Part shown: positions 60,681-64,000 of the stretch, in pieces | Layout of the letters: each line of letters starts with the position of its first letter | How positions within the stretch are numbered: position 1 is the stretch's first letter | Source: Lama glama | Lineage: Eukaryota | DNA: 64,000 nucleotides | Direction of reading: 5' to 3' | NCBI GenBank assembly: GCA_028534125.1 | Contig: CM052819.1 | Span: 54,560,001-54,624,000, forward strand | Notes under the pieces: model-generated | What the model saw: only the letters and a program-made list of their open reading frames with translations | What the model was told of the DNA's origin: nothing | The model's database searches: none | Program-made: the position numbers and the translations under genes

Positions 60681-61339
60681 TCAATGTGACCCAATCCTTA
60701 TTTTCTGTTGCAAATTAATGTGGGGAAAAAATCCTTTGTCACTTGACTTTTCTTTTTCTGCAAAGAAGTTGTTCCAAAAACACAACTGTAGCTTTTCGAG
60801 GGCTCTGAGTCTAAAACATTGACCCTTTCAAGCTTAGGGGGATGAAATCTACCAGCTGCAACACATCAGTTCTCTCCTGGTGAAAGGTTAGAGGGGGGCA
60901 CATGCTCTTCCAGCCAGTTCCCAGGCCTCTGGGTCCCCTGTGGAAGACTTAATCAAGTTATCATATCTAGCCAATGTCTCTTGGATCCCGTCACTCCTGA
61001 ATGAGAAAAAAATTTGCAGACAAATTTCTAGCAGCAGGAAATCGGTGCTGTCCTGTGAGGCTGCCTAAAAAGCACCTGCCCCATCAGCAGACTCCCTCCC
61101 ACTCCTGCTGGGAGGTGGCCTCCAGCCTCTGGCTTGGGGACGAGGCGATTCTCTGCTCCCTCGCTTCCCACCCCCCAGCCCCTCCAAAATACTGCTCTGG
61201 TACCAGGACTGTCCTGGGCCGGGCCCAGATCAGACATAGCCCCATGTTCAGAATGATGATGTCTCCCTGACGGGAGTTTTCTTGGGTTGCTCCAGTCAAA
61301 GAAGAGGGCTCTGTCCAGAATCAAGAAATCTATCACCAC

Positions 61340-61980
61340 CAGCAAAACCTGCCCTCCTCATTGTCGCCGGGCTCCGGGCATTTGATTAAGTGCCGGGAAC
61401 ATTCGCTGTCACTTAACGAGAAGTCTCATTCAGCTAGCCCAGGGAGGAAGCGCCGCGCTGATCACTGGGCCTTACCCATCTGTGTCCAACCATTTTCACT
61501 TTTTAGGGAAAACTGTGAAAGAGAAACAAAAAGCACTTTTCCCACTTCCTCAGAAAAAAAGTTTTTTTCCCCTCGGAGAGTTTTGCTGAAGAGAAAGCTG
61601 AGAGGATAAAGATATTGGCAGAGCTTAATGCCACAAATCTGATTAATTTACCTTGTGACACTCGCAACAAAAAAGTTAAGGGTCAGAGTCCTGCCTGCGA
61701 AGTGACCTTTCACCTGCAGCCAAGGCGGTCACAATGGGGGCCTGCGCCGCCTTTCACAGCTACCTGCTGCTTCCGACAATGAGATTGGACACAGTTTTCA
61801 ACATGATGGAGAACACCTCTAGAGCAGCGGCTTTGTTCTGTCTGCCTGCGGAGTGCAGCATGTCCAGGCCCACATCCTCACCGATCAGTGTTCAAATAGG
61901 ACCAGACAGGAGCTGGTGTCTCTGGGACAGAGAGCCAGGAAACTAAAACAGTATGCTCTGACTATGACTCATCACAGGAA
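61340..61980. promoter_or_regulatory. Repeat-free candidate enhancer with paired DR1 nuclear-receptor elements
   Basis: GGGTCA-G-AGTCCT 61680-61692; TGACCT-T-TCACCT 61703-61715; TGATTAAT 61640-61647; ATGACTCAT 61964-61972. Confidence 0.4.
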
Positions 61981-62969
61981 CATGTATTTAATCACTTACA
62001 GAACCCATAAAGATGAATCCGTCGTGGTCTTGCCCTAAGGGAACACAGGAGGCCGTGTCACTAACTCAAATAGGATTCAATCAGTGCCTGATACATGGGA
62101 GGTTCTGATTGATCGAGGAATTGATGTACTTTGTGTACAAAGAAAGATAGACACCATGGGAGGCAGAGTTGGGAACCTCCAAGCGGAGGAAGCTCGGAGA
62201 ATGCCCTCCACATCCACCTCTCAGGTTATGTCAGTGGACATCAGGGTTGGGAAATCAGGCGACTCTCCCTCTTCTCACATTTTTGTTGAAAGACATCCTG
62301 GGCCAGTCACCATCTCACGAGGCACAAACAGCTGATACGGGGACCCCAGTCGTGGTGGCTCCTCTGGAAAGAGCAGCCCCACGCAGGAGGCGCAGAGACT
62401 TCTCTGTTCCCATGTGTTGCCGCGCCGCACTGCCCGCAGTGCCTGCAGCCTTCCAGTGTTGCGTTTCATCTTGGCTTGAGCAGAATGTATTAATGGAGGG
62501 GAACATCTGGCAGAGTGGCATAACGAAATGGGAACCAGCTGCTCAGTCAAGCGCCACCAAGAGCTGTTTATCCGTGGAATTAACCTTTTGTTCAACATTC
62601 GTTTGGTGGCGGGGCTGTGCTGTGTTTTTAAAATCACGTTTCTCCAGTTTCTTCTACAGGCCCAGTTATTGCTGATTCAGCGCTTCGCACGCCTGGCAGA
62701 AGGCAGTTTGGGGACAGCTGGCAGCCATGGAGGCTTGAAAACTCTCCAGTGGGCAGTTGAATCTGGCTCCTTGTAGGTTGACAAAGCCACAGATGGGCCC
62801 AGGTGGGCTCGTGGGAGAATCCGGGCAGGATTCTGCACGCTGAAACTGTGTGTAGACGGGGGCTGGGCACCCTCAACCTCCAGGCTCGCTTTGAAACAGC
62901 TCAAAGTGTGAAAGGAGTGAATTGCCACTGAGAGGTCTGGAGCAGGCAGGCCAAACACCAGGAGGTGCT

Positions 62970-63045
62970 CAGAGAGAAGAAGGGAAGGAAGGAAGGGAAG
63001 AAGGAAGATGCGGAGGAAGGAAGGAGGAAGGGAGGGAGGGAGGGA
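62970..63045. repeat. Polypurine (GGAA/GGGA) low-complexity tract
   Basis: agagagaagaagggaaggaaggaagggaagaaggaagatgcggaggaaggaaggaggaagggagggagggaggga. Confidence 0.85.
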
Positions 63046-64000
63046 CACTTACCAGAGAGTATGCACGCCGAATCAGCACAGCTCACGTGATTCCTCCCTG
63101 CTGTCCGGTCACCTGCATGGTGGTGACAGGAGCGCCTCCTAAGGGGCTCTGACATCAGGCAGGTTACCGGCCATGGCTCAGCTCCAAGAAGGAGCAATGA
63201 ATCCTCACATACCAGCCTTGCAGGTCATTCAATACTAGACATGGCTCCCAAAGAGATTGTTTTGATGCTGTTGTTGTTTTGCCCAAGTTTACAAGAAGTC
63301 CAAGACCTGAGACAGAGCCCAGTGAGCTGGCTCTGACTGCAGTAGAAGCAGGAGGCGGCCAGGAGCCCACTCCCTAGGACGTTTCTTCCATTTCCCCACC
63401 AACACCCTGCCCCGCCTCAGCTGGCCCATAAAAGGCACTGAGGCTGAAATCAGCTGATCCCTTCCAAAGCCCAAGTTGGCCGAAGGCGTAAGAAGAGGAA
63501 TCGCCCTTCCAATGAGTGACAGCGCTAGGACCCGGACGGCGTCTCTGTCTCTCGGGTGGGGGCTTACCCTTACACCCAGACCAGGTGTGGGCCTGGGCAA
63601 CCCCGTTTCCTGAATCTACAGGAGAGAAATGGCGGTGTCTACAATTATAGGAGATGCAAAAGGAAGCAAACTTGGGGCTGAGGGTCCACCCCACCCTGGG
63701 CACACGTCTCCAGCTGGGGAACACGTGCTGCATGCGGCTAAAACATTGTAAAACCACCTCTAGCCCCAGATTCAGGCAAGCAGACTTGGTCTGGGTACCA
63801 TATGTCTGGCATCTTAGGGATTTCATTTTACATTGAAAATATAAACCTCAGAATAAGGGAAAAGCTGAATTCATTCAATGCTTATTCAATGAAGGATGTA
63901 CTTGTGATTTATTAATTTTTAAAAATAGAAAAGTAAAAGAGAACAAAAGCAAAACAGATCACATATTCTCCAAGCAACCTGTGGCCTGATGCCAGCATTA

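Noticed and set aside
1-64000. Prokaryotic-type systems (CRISPR arrays, operons, IS elements)
   Set aside because: The sequence is clearly mammalian; no regularly spaced repeats or dense ORF arrays were seen.

Overview
Mammalian genomic DNA, most likely a camelid (alpaca, llama or camel). It carries four copies of a tRNA-Ala-derived SINE matching the camelid vic-1 type and young L1 3' ends; I saw no Alu, B1, Bov-A or CAN SINEs. The window is a moderately GC-rich, MIR/L2-rich intergenic or large-intron region with four assembly gaps. I recognise no protein-coding exon, RNA gene or miRNA, and I could not name the locus. The only protein-like sequences are fossils: L1 ORF2 C-termini and a degraded class III (ERVL) provirus at ~22.7-26.6 kb with protease and RT motifs. 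The most interesting non-repeat signals are: a CpG/G4-rich promoter-like element at ~35 kb with a strong-Kozak ATG followed by a GTGAGT donor (candidate first exon or microprotein); a second orphan CpG-rich element at ~1 kb; dense TF-motif islands at ~12, 20, 58 and 61.7 kb; and a few well-flanked short exon candidates. These are hypotheses from sequence alone; I found no convincing novel system. Repeat boundaries and subfamily names are approximate (read by eye, recalled consensus).
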